A stretch of 64,000 nt of DNA from an uncultured Desulfospira sp. (GTDB lineage Bacteria > Desulfobacterota > Desulfobacteria > Desulfobacterales > Desulfobacteraceae): NCBI GenBank assembly GCA_963663165.1, contig OY760175.1, forward strand, positions 1,920,001 through 1,984,000. Reading direction: 5' to 3'. The notes under the pieces were generated by a model. The model did not search any database. It was not told the DNA's origin and saw nothing but the letters and a program-made list of their open reading frames with translations. A program made the position numbers and the translations under genes. Of the stretch, positions 31,711 through 41,163 are shown piece by piece. The number at the start of each line of letters is the position of its first letter. The first letter of the stretch is position 1.

Positions 31711-31850
31711 TAAATTCGGGGACATCTTCTTAAATTCGTTAAATTCGGGGACATCTTACATAATTCCAAATAATTAAGTAAGGGGTCCCCCCCCCGATAT
31801 TGGCTGAACCTGTCAGGATATTGTAACCACCATGCTTCGATATATAAAAT

Positions 31851-32222
31851 TCAGATGGTTTTGCAATTATATTTAAGAATTTTTAAATCATCGGTCATCA
31901 GCGTCAATTGATTTGTCATGGATTGTACGATCAGCATCCGGTCAAATGGATCTTTGTGAACAAAGGGCAGTTCCCGCAGCAACAGCGCATCCTCTCCTGA
32001 GAAACTTAACAGTTCAAGATCCATTTTTTCAGCCATTTCCAAGGGATTAAATTTAATATCAATCTTACCAATGGACGTTTTAATCATGAGTTCGGCTATG
32101 CTGACAGCACTGAAAAACACTTCATTGGCAGGGGATTCAAGTTCGTATCGGCGGGTCTGAGACATTTTTTCCGGGCAGGAAAGCATCCACAGGAAAATGT
32201 GCGTGTCTATGAGTATGCGCAT
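31851..32222 (-). CDS. vapC: PIN-domain toxin
   Basis: ILIDTHIFLW, HKDPFDRML. Confidence 0.92.
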   Translation of the reverse strand: MRILIDTHIFLWMLSCPEKMSQTRRYELESPANEVFFSAVSIAELMIKTSIGKIDIKFNPLEMAEKMDLELLSFSGEDALLLRELPFVHKDPFDRMLIVQSMTNQLTLMTDDLKILKYNCKTI

Positions 32223-32224
32223 TA

Positions 32225-32452
32225 TTAGTCACCATAGAACAGATCATTAATTTCCCGGCTTTCATCAAGAAAGTCATCAGGGATCTCTATTTGCCCTTTC
32301 ATTAATCCAAGTTTACGCTTCGTTTTAGGTTTATGGGGCACCAGCCTTACAAGGGGAAGGTTATTTTTTGCAATAATAATATCTTCGCCCTGAAAAGCCA
32401 TATCAACCAGCTTGGACAATTTTGCTTTTGCTTCAGATACATTAATGATCAT
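32225..32452 (-). CDS. Phd-family antitoxin
   Basis: INVSEAKAKLSKLV..GEDIIIAK..RKLG. Confidence 0.9.
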   Translation of the reverse strand: MIINVSEAKAKLSKLVDMAFQGEDIIIAKNNLPLVRLVPHKPKTKRKLGLMKGQIEIPDDFLDESREINDLFYGD

Positions 32453-32777
32453 TTTTCCCATCTCCGATTGGTTTGTAAAATAACTATTTTGACCAATATA
32501 ACCCATTCAAACCAAGTGGGTCAAATTTATAATCGATGTTTAATTTGGGGGATTAAAACCTTACCCGTATTTTCAGCCTGTAATTCAGGGAACACGATAT
32601 AAAATTGTCACAAATCAAATAAAGTCCCCCGAATTACGTAAATGGTATTTCAAATATCCCCGGTACCGGTACAGCCATATAAACCCCTGGGATTTTTTTC
32701 ACCCAAATATGGCCATAACCATCACCCACCCAATGGATTACCGGCCCGGGAATATCTATATATAATGTTAAAAACCC

Positions 32778-33881
32778 TTAACGGCCCGGTTTGTTCATAG
32801 ACTTTATTTTCAGAGCGATTCCTTTCCAGCGCTCTTTTTCAACGCGGTCGGCGCTTTTTTTGCTGCGCTCAGACAAATAGTCCAGTTCCCGCTTCATTTT
32901 CCGGTAGTTTTCAAGGCGGTTTTCTGAGATCTCCCCCTGATGGACCGCCTCAAGGACCCGGCAGCCGGGTTCATGGGTATGGGTACAGTCTGAAAACCGG
33001 CATTCCACGGCAAAGCCGTCTATCTCCGGAAAGGCCGAGGCCATGCCCTGGTCAGCGTCCCAGAAAGCGATCTCCCGGATGCCGGGGTTGTCGATGATCA
33101 TCCCCCCTTCCGGCATCATGATCAGGTCCCGGGTGGTGGTGGTGTGTTTTCCCTTTCCCACATGGGCGCTGACATCACCGGTCACCTGGATCTCTTTGCC
33201 GTAGAGCCGGTTGAGCAGCGTGGATTTGCCCGCACCCGACGATCCCACCATAACGCAGGTCCGGCCGGGGGACAGATATGGATTCAGGCCGGCCAGGCCT
33301 GAATCGTCCAGGGCCGAAATCAGGTGGACGGGAACGCCGAAGGCCACCGCTTCCACCTGTGTTTCAAAGGGTTCAGGTGCGGTGTGAAGATCCGCTTTTG
33401 TCAGGATGATGACCGGGCTCAATCCGCAGTTGTAGACCAGGGTGACGTACCGCTCTATGCGGCGCAGGTTAAAGTCCCGGTCCAGGCCGCAGACAATGAA
33501 CACGGTGTCCAGGTTGGCGGCCATGACCTGTTCTTTTCTGGGCCGGGTATCCGGTTTGCCCTGGGTGCCGCTGGCCCCCCGGGACAAGGCGTTTTTGCGT
33601 ACCAGGACCTTTGAAATTACGGTCTCTTTCATCAAGACCCAGTCTCCTGTGACCGGGTACAGGGCCTGGGGGTCATGGTTGAGCTTTCCGGCCAGGGTGG
33701 CCAGCTGCTCGGTCTGGCCGTTGCTGGTACAAAACATGTTTTTCCTGACCCCGGTCACCCTGGCCGGGATAAGAGAGGGGTCTGAGATATGGTTTACCTG
33801 GGCCTGAAAATAGGATGTCCATCCCATGGGGGCCAGGGGGTGATTGCTGGGGATATTTTCTTTTCTTTCTTTGGTGTTCAT
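32778..33881 (-). CDS. rsgA: Ribosome small subunit-dependent GTPase A
   Basis: TKAD, GSSGAGKS, HTTT, DNPG and CRFSDCTHTHEPGC Zn site. Confidence 0.93.
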   Translation of the reverse strand: MNTKERKENIPSNHPLAPMGWTSYFQAQVNHISDPSLIPARVTGVRKNMFCTSNGQTEQLATLAGKLNHDPQALYPVTGDWVLMKETVISKVLVRKNALSRGASGTQGKPDTRPRKEQVMAANLDTVFIVCGLDRDFNLRRIERYVTLVYNCGLSPVIILTKADLHTAPEPFETQVEAVAFGVPVHLISALDDSGLAGLNPYLSPGRTCVMVGSSGAGKSTLLNRLYGKEIQVTGDVSAHVGKGKHTTTTRDLIMMPEGGMIIDNPGIREIAFWDADQGMASAFPEIDGFAVECRFSDCTHTHEPGCRVLEAVHQGEISENRLENYRKMKRELDYLSERSKKSADRVEKERWKGIALKIKSMNKPGR

Positions 33882-34295
33882 TATTCAATCCTGCCTGTTG
33901 TAATCAGCGGTTTCAATTGGTTTTCTATGGGCATGCCACAGCATGCCCGGTACATTTGTGGGGATATATTCAAATAACATCGCCGTTGACGGCAGAAAGG
34001 CAATACCGATAGCGCGGCCCCGGCCGCAGAATCAGCCCGGGCAGATCAAAGAAATGAACAGTTTGTTTTTTGTCAGGCCCTGTTAATGGCAGGCCTGCAT
34101 TAATGATACATTCAGGCTTGTGATCAATTCTTTGCCGAAAGGTGTGCCTTTTTCCCGGCAACGGTTGACACAATATCCATTGATCTGATCAACATAAAAA
34201 CCCTCTTTACAGTTTGGTTGGTGGTAAAACGCCTCTCATATACCGGATAATCTTTAGGCTTGTCAAGGGTCTTTCGGATGGCAAGATGGACCATT

Positions 34296-34368
34296 GGTGG
34301 GCACAAAAAGCGTGCCCACCCGAACCCGGTACCTGGGTAGGGTGGGCAAAAGCGCAGCGTTGCCCACC
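34296..34368. repeat. REP pair downstream of RAYT
   Basis: GGTGGGCACAAAAAGCGTGCCCACC and GTAGGGTGGGCAAAAGCGCAGCGTTGCCCACC. Confidence 0.88.
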
Positions 34369-34388
34369 ATTGCCACCATATTCGCTGA

Positions 34389-34937
34389 TTATTCCCCAAT
34401 ATCATAATCCGAAATGGGCATGGGTTTATTTCCCCAGTCTCCAGGATAAATACCCTTTTTGACATATCGATGGAATGTTGAATACGGCCAGTCCTTTACT
34501 TGTTTTACCAATTCATGTTTTACAGGATTGTAATGGATGTAATCCATGTGTATCCGGTAATCTTCATCATCCCGTATCAAATGTTCCCAGAAGCGCCTTT
34601 GCCAGATAGTGGTTTCCCGGTGTTTCTGTTTGGATGCATTCACCCATTCAGGTTTGTGAAATTTTTTTTTGGTACGCTTTGAGAAACCGGATTTAATCTG
34701 GCCCCAACGTCCTGAATAATTGGCGTCCCCTTTGGGCAATGTCCATATACAGTGCATGTGCTCAGGCAGTAGCACCCATGCGTCAATGGAAAACGGGTAT
34801 TTTTTCCGTACCCGGTCAATGCTCTCCCGCAATGCAAGCCGGCATTCCGGACGGTTGAAAAGCTTTCGGCGATGAAAAGTGACCACCGTAAAGAAAAATG
34901 TGCCTCCCGGCAAAAAAGCCCGCCGATAATTCGGCAT
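34389..34937 (-). CDS. REP-associated tyrosine transposase (RAYT, Y1 HUH)
   Basis: [16 protein letters not shown] (HUH), [17 protein letters not shown]. Confidence 0.95.
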   Translation of the reverse strand: MPNYRRAFLPGGTFFFTVVTFHRRKLFNRPECRLALRESIDRVRKKYPFSIDAWVLLPEHMHCIWTLPKGDANYSGRWGQIKSGFSKRTKKKFHKPEWVNASKQKHRETTIWQRRFWEHLIRDDEDYRIHMDYIHYNPVKHELVKQVKDWPYSTFHRYVKKGIYPGDWGNKPMPISDYDIGE

Positions 34938-35002
34938 CGCCATCCTCCATGATGTATTGAAATCACATCGACTGCCGCGGTTCTATGGCCGCAGGCTTGT
35001 GA

Positions 35003-35129
35003 GGGACAAATGGTTAGCTGCGTTGCCCACCATTCTATTGTGTATGAATATAACATGTTGTGCTTAAATGATAAATTGGGCGGTGAATTCATGGATAATC
35101 GGTGGGCACAAAAAGCGTGCCCACCCTAC
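35003..35129. repeat. REP pair upstream of RAYT (first copy degenerate)
   Basis: ..GCGTTGCCCACC near 35020-35031; GGTGGGCACAAAAAGCGTGCCCACCCTAC at 35101-35129. Confidence 0.85.
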
Positions 35130-35568
35130 CAATTTGTCTCAGAAGCCCAATAGTTTGAAACATAAGTGTATCTAATTAGACTCTTTGATACACCCCTCTT
35201 CTATTCCCGATCTGTTTTTCGCAAAAAAATATATGGCTTTTTTCATGGGGCGATGGGGGTGGTGCCTGCAGTCACGCTTCCTTAATCCATGGGCATCTTT
35301 GAGCTTTAACCCTGGTTCTGACACGAAATTATCTGGGTTTTCCTTTCCCCAACCCCAAATTGTGCCACCATGTGGTACGACACTTGAATGAAAATTTACA
35401 GGCTGTCATCCCCCCATGAAAACCGAACACCCTTGACAGGTAGTTTACCTGCCGTCCCAGGGGTGTATCAAAAAGGCGGGGTGACGGTTTTTTAAATTTA
35501 AGGGCGCCATGTCCGGTGTCGGCCAAATCTCGCCAGGAATGCGCCCTGGCTTAAAACAGGAGGAATTC

Positions 35569-37530
35569 ATGGAAAAAACAAACCTGAAAAACCCCGTAGC
35601 CGCATCAGAGCTGACCACCTGTGAAGCAACGGCCCAGATGCTGGAAAAGGCACGAAAAGACAATGTCGTAACCGCCCTGGACAGAGGGCATGAGATGAAG
35701 GCCTGTCCCATTGGCGCCGACTCAGCCTGCTGCAAGCACTGCTTTATGGGACCCTGCCGCTTAAACCCCAAGGACCCGTACAAGAAGGTGGGGATTTGCG
35801 GGGCCACCATTGACACCATCATGGCCAGGAACTTTGGGCGGATGGTGGCCTCGGGGTGTGCGTCCCACAATGACCACGGCATGCATATTCTCAAGCTGTT
35901 CAGGGAAGTGGTCACCGACAAAACCCAGGATTTCGGCATCAAGGATGTCCGGAAACTGGAAAAACTGGCCACATCTCTGGGCATTGAGGTTGAGGGCCGG
36001 ACCGTGGGGGAAGTGGGAAAAGACCTTTGCGATGAGCTTGAAAAAACCTTTACCGCCACTGAAGGGGAAATGCCCTTAACCCGGCTTGCCCCGGAAGAAA
36101 CCCTGAACACCTGGCGTAAAAACGGGGTGGTACCCAGGGGGTCCATGCGCGAGGTCATGGAAATGATGAGCCGGACCCATATCGGTTGCGACCAGGATCA
36201 TGAGAACCTGACCCGGCAGATCACCCGGACGGCCCTGGCCGACGGCTGGGGAGGCTCCATGGTGGCCACCGAGCTTTCGGACATCATGTTCGGGACCCCG
36301 GTGCCCGTCCAGGCCGATGTCAACATGGGGGTATTAAAAAAGGACCATGTCAACATCATTGTCCATGGTCATGAACCGGCCATGTTTGAGGCCATCCTGG
36401 CCGGGGTTAATGACCCGTTTTTTATTGGCCAGGCTACGGAAAAAGGGGCGGCCGGCATCAACCTGGTGGGCATGTGCTGCTCAGGTGCGGAGATGATGTC
36501 CCGCCACGGGGTTCCCCATGCCGGGAACTTCAGCTCCACGGAAGCGGTGCTGGTGACCGGGGCCGTGGACGCCATGGTGGTGGATATCCAGTGCATCAAA
36601 CAGGGCTTGGCCACCGTGGCCAGGGCCTATGATACCCATTTGATCACCACCAATCCCCGGTGCCGGATTGAAGGGGCCGAGCATGTGGAGTTCAATGAAA
36701 TGGATCCCAGAAAATGCACGGACGAGATCCTGGTCCGGGCCATTTCCCGGTTCAGCACCCGGTCGGTTCCCGTGGAGATCCCGTCCCAGACCCGGACCGG
36801 GATTCACGGGTTTACCCATGAGTATATTGAATACATGCTTGGGGGCAGTTTCAGGGGAAGCTATTCGCCTTTAAATGAAAACATTATCAACGGCCGGATC
36901 CGGGGGGTTGCCGGGGTGGTGGGGTGCACCAATCCCAAGGTCAAGCAGGATTGGGTTCATGTGGAGCTGGTCAGGGAACTGATCAAAAACGATGTCCTGG
37001 TCCTTCAGACCGGCTGTTCCCAGATTGCCCTGGCCAAAGCAGGCTTCCTGGTACCGGAAGCCGCGGTCATGGCAGGCCCGGGTCTGGCCGAAGTCTGCGA
37101 AACCGTCGGCATGCCGCCGGTCTTAGGGCTTGGCTCCTGTGTGGACAACACCCGGATCCTGATTGCCGCCACCGCCATGGTCAAGGCCGGGGGCCTTGGC
37201 AACAGCATTGCCGATCTGCCGGCCGCCGGCTGCGCCCCGGAATGGATGAGTGAAAAGGCCACGGCCATTGGCCATTACTTTGTGGCTTCAGGGGTGTACA
37301 CGGTGTTTGGCGTGGGATTTCCCATTGTTCAGGATACCAAGTACCACGACTATCTGTTCAACCAGATGGAAGGCCTTGGCTACGGCAAATGGGGCATGGC
37401 CCAGGACCCCCACGAAATCGCAAAGCTGATGATTGCCCATATTGACAAGAAACGCAAACAGCTGGGCATTGACAAGGCAAGGGAACGGGTTCTGGTGGAT
37501 ATGTCAGACCGAAGGGACCTGGCCTCTTAG
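35569..37530 (+). CDS. cooS: Anaerobic Ni,Fe carbon monoxide dehydrogenase catalytic subunit
   Basis: CCKHCFMGPC; HGHEP, GMCCSG, GCTN, TGCS, GSCVD, WMSEKA; AGGAGG RBS before ATG 35569. Confidence 0.96.
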   Translation: MEKTNLKNPVAASELTTCEATAQMLEKARKDNVVTALDRGHEMKACPIGADSACCKHCFMGPCRLNPKDPYKKVGICGATIDTIMARNFGRMVASGCASHNDHGMHILKLFREVVTDKTQDFGIKDVRKLEKLATSLGIEVEGRTVGEVGKDLCDELEKTFTATEGEMPLTRLAPEETLNTWRKNGVVPRGSMREVMEMMSRTHIGCDQDHENLTRQITRTALADGWGGSMVATELSDIMFGTPVPVQADVNMGVLKKDHVNIIVHGHEPAMFEAILAGVNDPFFIGQATEKGAAGINLVGMCCSGAEMMSRHGVPHAGNFSSTEAVLVTGAVDAMVVDIQCIKQGLATVARAYDTHLITTNPRCRIEGAEHVEFNEMDPRKCTDEILVRAISRFSTRSVPVEIPSQTRTGIHGFTHEYIEYMLGGSFRGSYSPLNENIINGRIRGVAGVVGCTNPKVKQDWVHVELVRELIKNDVLVLQTGCSQIALAKAGFLVPEAAVMAGPGLAEVCETVGMPPVLGLGSCVDNTRILIAATAMVKAGGLGNSIADLPAAGCAPEWMSEKATAIGHYFVASGVYTVFGVGFPIVQDTKYHDYLFNQMEGLGYGKWGMAQDPHEIAKLMIAHIDKKRKQLGIDKARERVLVDMSDRRDLAS

Positions 37531-37593
37531 ATGGCGTTTGAACGAGAAGTCACCCATCTGCTGCGTGCAGGCATTAAATAATAACCACCATAT

Positions 37594-37624
37594 GGCCCGG
37601 GCTGTTTTTTGACATGCCCGGGCC
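37594..37624. terminator. Hairpin between convergent genes
   Basis: GGCCCGGGC...GCCCGGGCC. Confidence 0.45.
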
Positions 37625-37653
37625 TGATTTATGACCGGTATCGGATATCCGGA

Positions 37654-38391
37654 TCAGGCATCGCCGGGCTCAAAGATATACCCTACGGACCGGCGGCTTT
37701 TGAAAAATTCCGGTTCTTTGGGGTTTTTCTCAAAATACTTTCTGAACCTGACAATAAAATTATCCACAGTCCTGGTGGAGGTGCCGCTGGAGTATCCCCA
37801 GCCGGCATCAAGAAGGGTTTCCCGGGAAAGGGGCTTGCCCTTGTTGGCAATAAAAATTTTGAGCAGCACGGCCTCCTGCTCGGTTAAAATAATTGTTCCG
37901 GCAGCACAACGGGCCTCAAAGGTCACAAAATCAACCCGGTTGGGGCCAAATTCATAATGGTCTCCTGAAAAAATGCCGGTTTCGCCCTTGTTTTCGGTCT
38001 TTTCCCCATACCAGTCTTTTTTCTTGAGCAGCCGGCCCACCCGAAGCAGAAATTCCTCGAGATCAAAGGGCTTGGACAGGTAGTCGTCCACCCCGAACTG
38101 CAACCCCTTGACCTTGTCTTTGGTATCCCCCCTGGCCGACAGAATCAGGACCGGGATTTTTTCATCCTCGTTCCGGATGGTTTTCAAAATGGAAAACCCG
38201 TCCAGCATGGGCAGCATCACATCCAGGACAATGAGATCCGGACGCCACTGGCGCCACTGTTCAAGCCCGTCGATGCCGTCCGGGGCAATGCTGGTGTCAT
38301 AGCCTGCCAGGGAAAGGTTGAGCTGAATGCCTTCGGCAATATGGGCCTCGTCTTCTATGACCAGAATACGCTTTTTTCCAGACGCTTCCAT
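37654..38391 (-). CDS. OmpR-family response regulator
   Basis: REC domain + winged helix (TRTVDNFIVRFRK). Confidence 0.93.
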   Translation of the reverse strand: MEASGKKRILVIEDEAHIAEGIQLNLSLAGYDTSIAPDGIDGLEQWRQWRPDLIVLDVMLPMLDGFSILKTIRNEDEKIPVLILSARGDTKDKVKGLQFGVDDYLSKPFDLEEFLLRVGRLLKKKDWYGEKTENKGETGIFSGDHYEFGPNRVDFVTFEARCAAGTIILTEQEAVLLKIFIANKGKPLSRETLLDAGWGYSSGTSTRTVDNFIVRFRKYFEKNPKEPEFFKSRRSVGYIFEPGDA

Positions 38392-39377
38392 AATTTCTTC
38401 TCCCTGACGTTGGCAATGCTTGCCCGTGGAATGGTGATGGTGAATTTAGCCCCTTTTCCTTTTCCCTCACTGGATACCGACGCCCGCCACCCATGGATGG
38501 CCGCGATACTGGACACCAGGTACAGCCCTAAACCGGAACCGGTTTTCCGCCCGGCCCGGCCGGCCTGATAGAATTTTCTGAAAATCTTTTTGGCCTCTTT
38601 TTTGTCCACCCCGATGCCGTTGTCGATGAAATCAACGGTCACCTTCTGTAAATATCCCCTGAAAACAATTTTAAGTTCGGGCTGATCCGATTCATTGTAT
38701 TTAATGGCATTGGAAATGATGTTCATGAGCAGCATTTCAAATAAAAACAGGTTGACCGGATAAATAAAATCCGCCCCTGAAGGGTTGGATATCTCAATGT
38801 TGCATTCCCGGAAAAGGGACGCGTTTTTTTCACAAAAATTCTCCACCAGCACCACTAAGCTCTCCCGGGTCACTTCAGAGCCGAAATTCTGGCTTTCGAT
38901 CCGGGCCAGGTTCAGGATCCGGTCAATATTTTCGGTCAGCCGGTTGATGTCTTCAAGCATGCCCCGGCTGTACTTTTTAATATCCGACGGGTCCAGGGGA
39001 TGGCGGATGAAGGTCTCAAGATAAAGCCTTAAGGAAGTGACCGGGGTTTTGAGTTCATGGGTAAAGTTGTAAATAAAATTATGCTGGAGCCGGAACATGT
39101 TCATGGTTTTCTGATAATAGATAAAGGCCAGCAGGATTCCGGCTAAGACAACCGTGATCAGCAGGCTTAACACCATGATGGTCATCCCGGTTTTGGTGGG
39201 AAAGATCAGTTTGGGGTCAATGTTGAATTTTAAGATAATCACCTCAAGGGCCGAGGTGATTTCCATGTAAAGGCTGACCGTCAGGACCAGAAACGTGGCC
39301 AGGGCAAAAATGGAACAGGCAAAGATAAATACCGGGTGCAGATACCACCTGGACGGATTTAAAATCGGCAGGGGCAC
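38355..39377 (-). CDS. Sensor histidine kinase
   Basis: 2 TM segments; THELKTP; NAIKY; GSGLGL. Confidence 0.9.
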   Translation of the reverse strand: MPLPILNPSRWYLHPVFIFACSIFALATFLVLTVSLYMEITSALEVIILKFNIDPKLIFPTKTGMTIMVLSLLITVVLAGILLAFIYYQKTMNMFRLQHNFIYNFTHELKTPVTSLRLYLETFIRHPLDPSDIKKYSRGMLEDINRLTENIDRILNLARIESQNFGSEVTRESLVVLVENFCEKNASLFRECNIEISNPSGADFIYPVNLFLFEMLLMNIISNAIKYNESDQPELKIVFRGYLQKVTVDFIDNGIGVDKKEAKKIFRKFYQAGRAGRKTGSGLGLYLVSSIAAIHGWRASVSSEGKGKGAKFTITIPRASIANVREKKLWKRLEKSVFWS

Positions 39378-39379
39378 GG

Positions 39380-40621
39380 TTAAATTTCCTTTGCTTTGGC
39401 CAAAGCCGGGGTTGAAGGGAAGGTCATGGTCAGGCAGATTCCCTTTTGCCGCCCGGTTTCCAGGGCGACTTTGCCATTCAGGGTCCGGGTCACCAGGTTA
39501 AAGACAACGGACATGCCAAGCCCTGCCCCGCCTTTGCCCCGGGTGGTGGTATAAAACGGATCAAATGCTTTTTCCTGCTGGTCTTTTGTCATGCCGCACC
39601 CGTTATCCTGGTAAACCAGATGGACCATACCGCCATCCGCCGTGGCCCGGATATGAATTTGCCCCTTGTCCATATCCTTGAAGCCATGAACCAGGGAATT
39701 GGTAATCAGGTTGTTTAAGATCTGATACACGGCCCCGGGATAGGAGTTCAGGCGAATCTGGGCATCACACGCCACCTCAATCCGGTGGCCGGTTTTCCTG
39801 TACCGCGGCCCTAAGCTTACCAGGACCTCATTGATATATTCTTTAAGGCTGAACACCCGTTTGATCTGGGTGGACTGGTCCACGGCCACCTGTTTAAAAC
39901 TTGAAATCAGCTCTGCGGCCCGTTCCATGTTGATCAGGATGGAGCGGGCCGCCTCTTTGGCCGCATAAAGGTAATCTTCGAGCTGCCCTCTTTTGAGCTG
40001 GCCCGATTCATAGGCTTTTCCAATCTCCTTTGTCTTGGCTTCCAGAAACGAGGCCGCGGTTACCCCGATGCCCACCGGGGTATTGATCTCATGGGCCACC
40101 CCGGCCACCAGCTCTCCCAATGCCGCCATTTTTTCCGACTGCACCAGCTGGTCCCGGGTCAGTTCAAGGGTCTCAAGGGAGAGGTTCAGCTCCTTATTGG
40201 CCTTTTCAAGTTCCTGCTGGTACCGGTTGGTTTCATTGAGCAGCCGCTTACGTTCCAGGGCCTTGTTCACGGCCAGGACCAGTACATTCATGTCATGGAC
40301 GGGCTTGATAATATAATCCCAGGCCCCCCGTTTCATGGCTTCAACCGTATCGGATATGCTCCCGGCCCCGGACACGATGATGACCGGCGTTTCCTGTTTT
40401 CTTTCGGCCACGGCCGATAGCACATCAAGCCCGCTCATGACCGGCATGAGAAGATCGCAGAAAACAAGGTCCGGGTTCTGAGCATCCAGTTTTTCAAGCC
40501 CCTGTTTTCCGTTCTCCGCCTCAATGACCTCAAAGCCTGAATCGGCCAGATAGTCGGCCATGCTCTCCCGAACGAAACGCTCGTCATCAATAATCAGGAT
40601 TTTTCCGGTATGGTCGGTCAT
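39380..40621 (-). CDS. Cytoplasmic REC-histidine kinase hybrid
   Basis: N-terminal REC; AHEINTP; GAGLGM. Confidence 0.92.
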   Translation of the reverse strand: MTDHTGKILIIDDERFVRESMADYLADSGFEVIEAENGKQGLEKLDAQNPDLVFCDLLMPVMSGLDVLSAVAERKQETPVIIVSGAGSISDTVEAMKRGAWDYIIKPVHDMNVLVLAVNKALERKRLLNETNRYQQELEKANKELNLSLETLELTRDQLVQSEKMAALGELVAGVAHEINTPVGIGVTAASFLEAKTKEIGKAYESGQLKRGQLEDYLYAAKEAARSILINMERAAELISSFKQVAVDQSTQIKRVFSLKEYINEVLVSLGPRYRKTGHRIEVACDAQIRLNSYPGAVYQILNNLITNSLVHGFKDMDKGQIHIRATADGGMVHLVYQDNGCGMTKDQQEKAFDPFYTTTRGKGGAGLGMSVVFNLVTRTLNGKVALETGRQKGICLTMTFPSTPALAKAKEI

Positions 40622-40640
40622 ATTCCCCTTTGGGTTATCC

Positions 40641-41009
40641 TTATCGGTTCAGCAAGGCCTTCATCCGGTTTAAATCGGCCACCGGCTTGATCAGCACCAG
40701 TTCCTCAGTTATGCCAAGCTTCCGGACCGCCTCGGGAATGGCATAATCCGCCGATCCCGTATGGACAATAACCTTCATCCGGGGCGCTATTTTTAAGGCT
40801 TGAACAATAAAATGGTTTCCATCTTCACCGGGCAGGCGGATATCCACCACCGCATGGTCAATCCGGTTTTCTTTTATTATATTCAGGGCCTGTTCTGTGG
40901 AACAGGCCTCAAACGCCACATACCCTTCGTCTTCCATAAAAGCGACAATACTATCCCGGATGGTTTGTTCATCATCCAGAATCAGCAAATGCAACGGCTC
41001 GCTGGCCAT
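40641..41009 (-). CDS. Single-domain response regulator
   Basis: LILDDE, VVDIRLP, HTG, KP. Confidence 0.88.
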   Translation of the reverse strand: MASEPLHLLILDDEQTIRDSIVAFMEDEGYVAFEACSTEQALNIIKENRIDHAVVDIRLPGEDGNHFIVQALKIAPRMKVIVHTGSADYAIPEAVRKLGITEELVLIKPVADLNRMKALLNR

Positions 41010-41163
41010 ACCGTTCCCTCTTTAAGTGTTGGTATAAAATTTACGGGCTTTATAATAACACCCAAAGCTTTTGGTTTAAAAGATTATTTTTGTCTTTGAG
41101 GATCTGTCAAAGAAGATTCAGACTTCATCCGGATTCCCGCGACCGGTCTTCCGGTCTCCGTCC

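Noticed and set aside
31431..31725. Functional retron, DGR or group II intron
   Set aside because: Only about 88 codons of RT, no YADD, and no intron domain V or TR/VR pair seen
33970..34173. Possible leader peptide upstream of rsgA
   Set aside because: No convincing start codon, RBS or attenuator pairing
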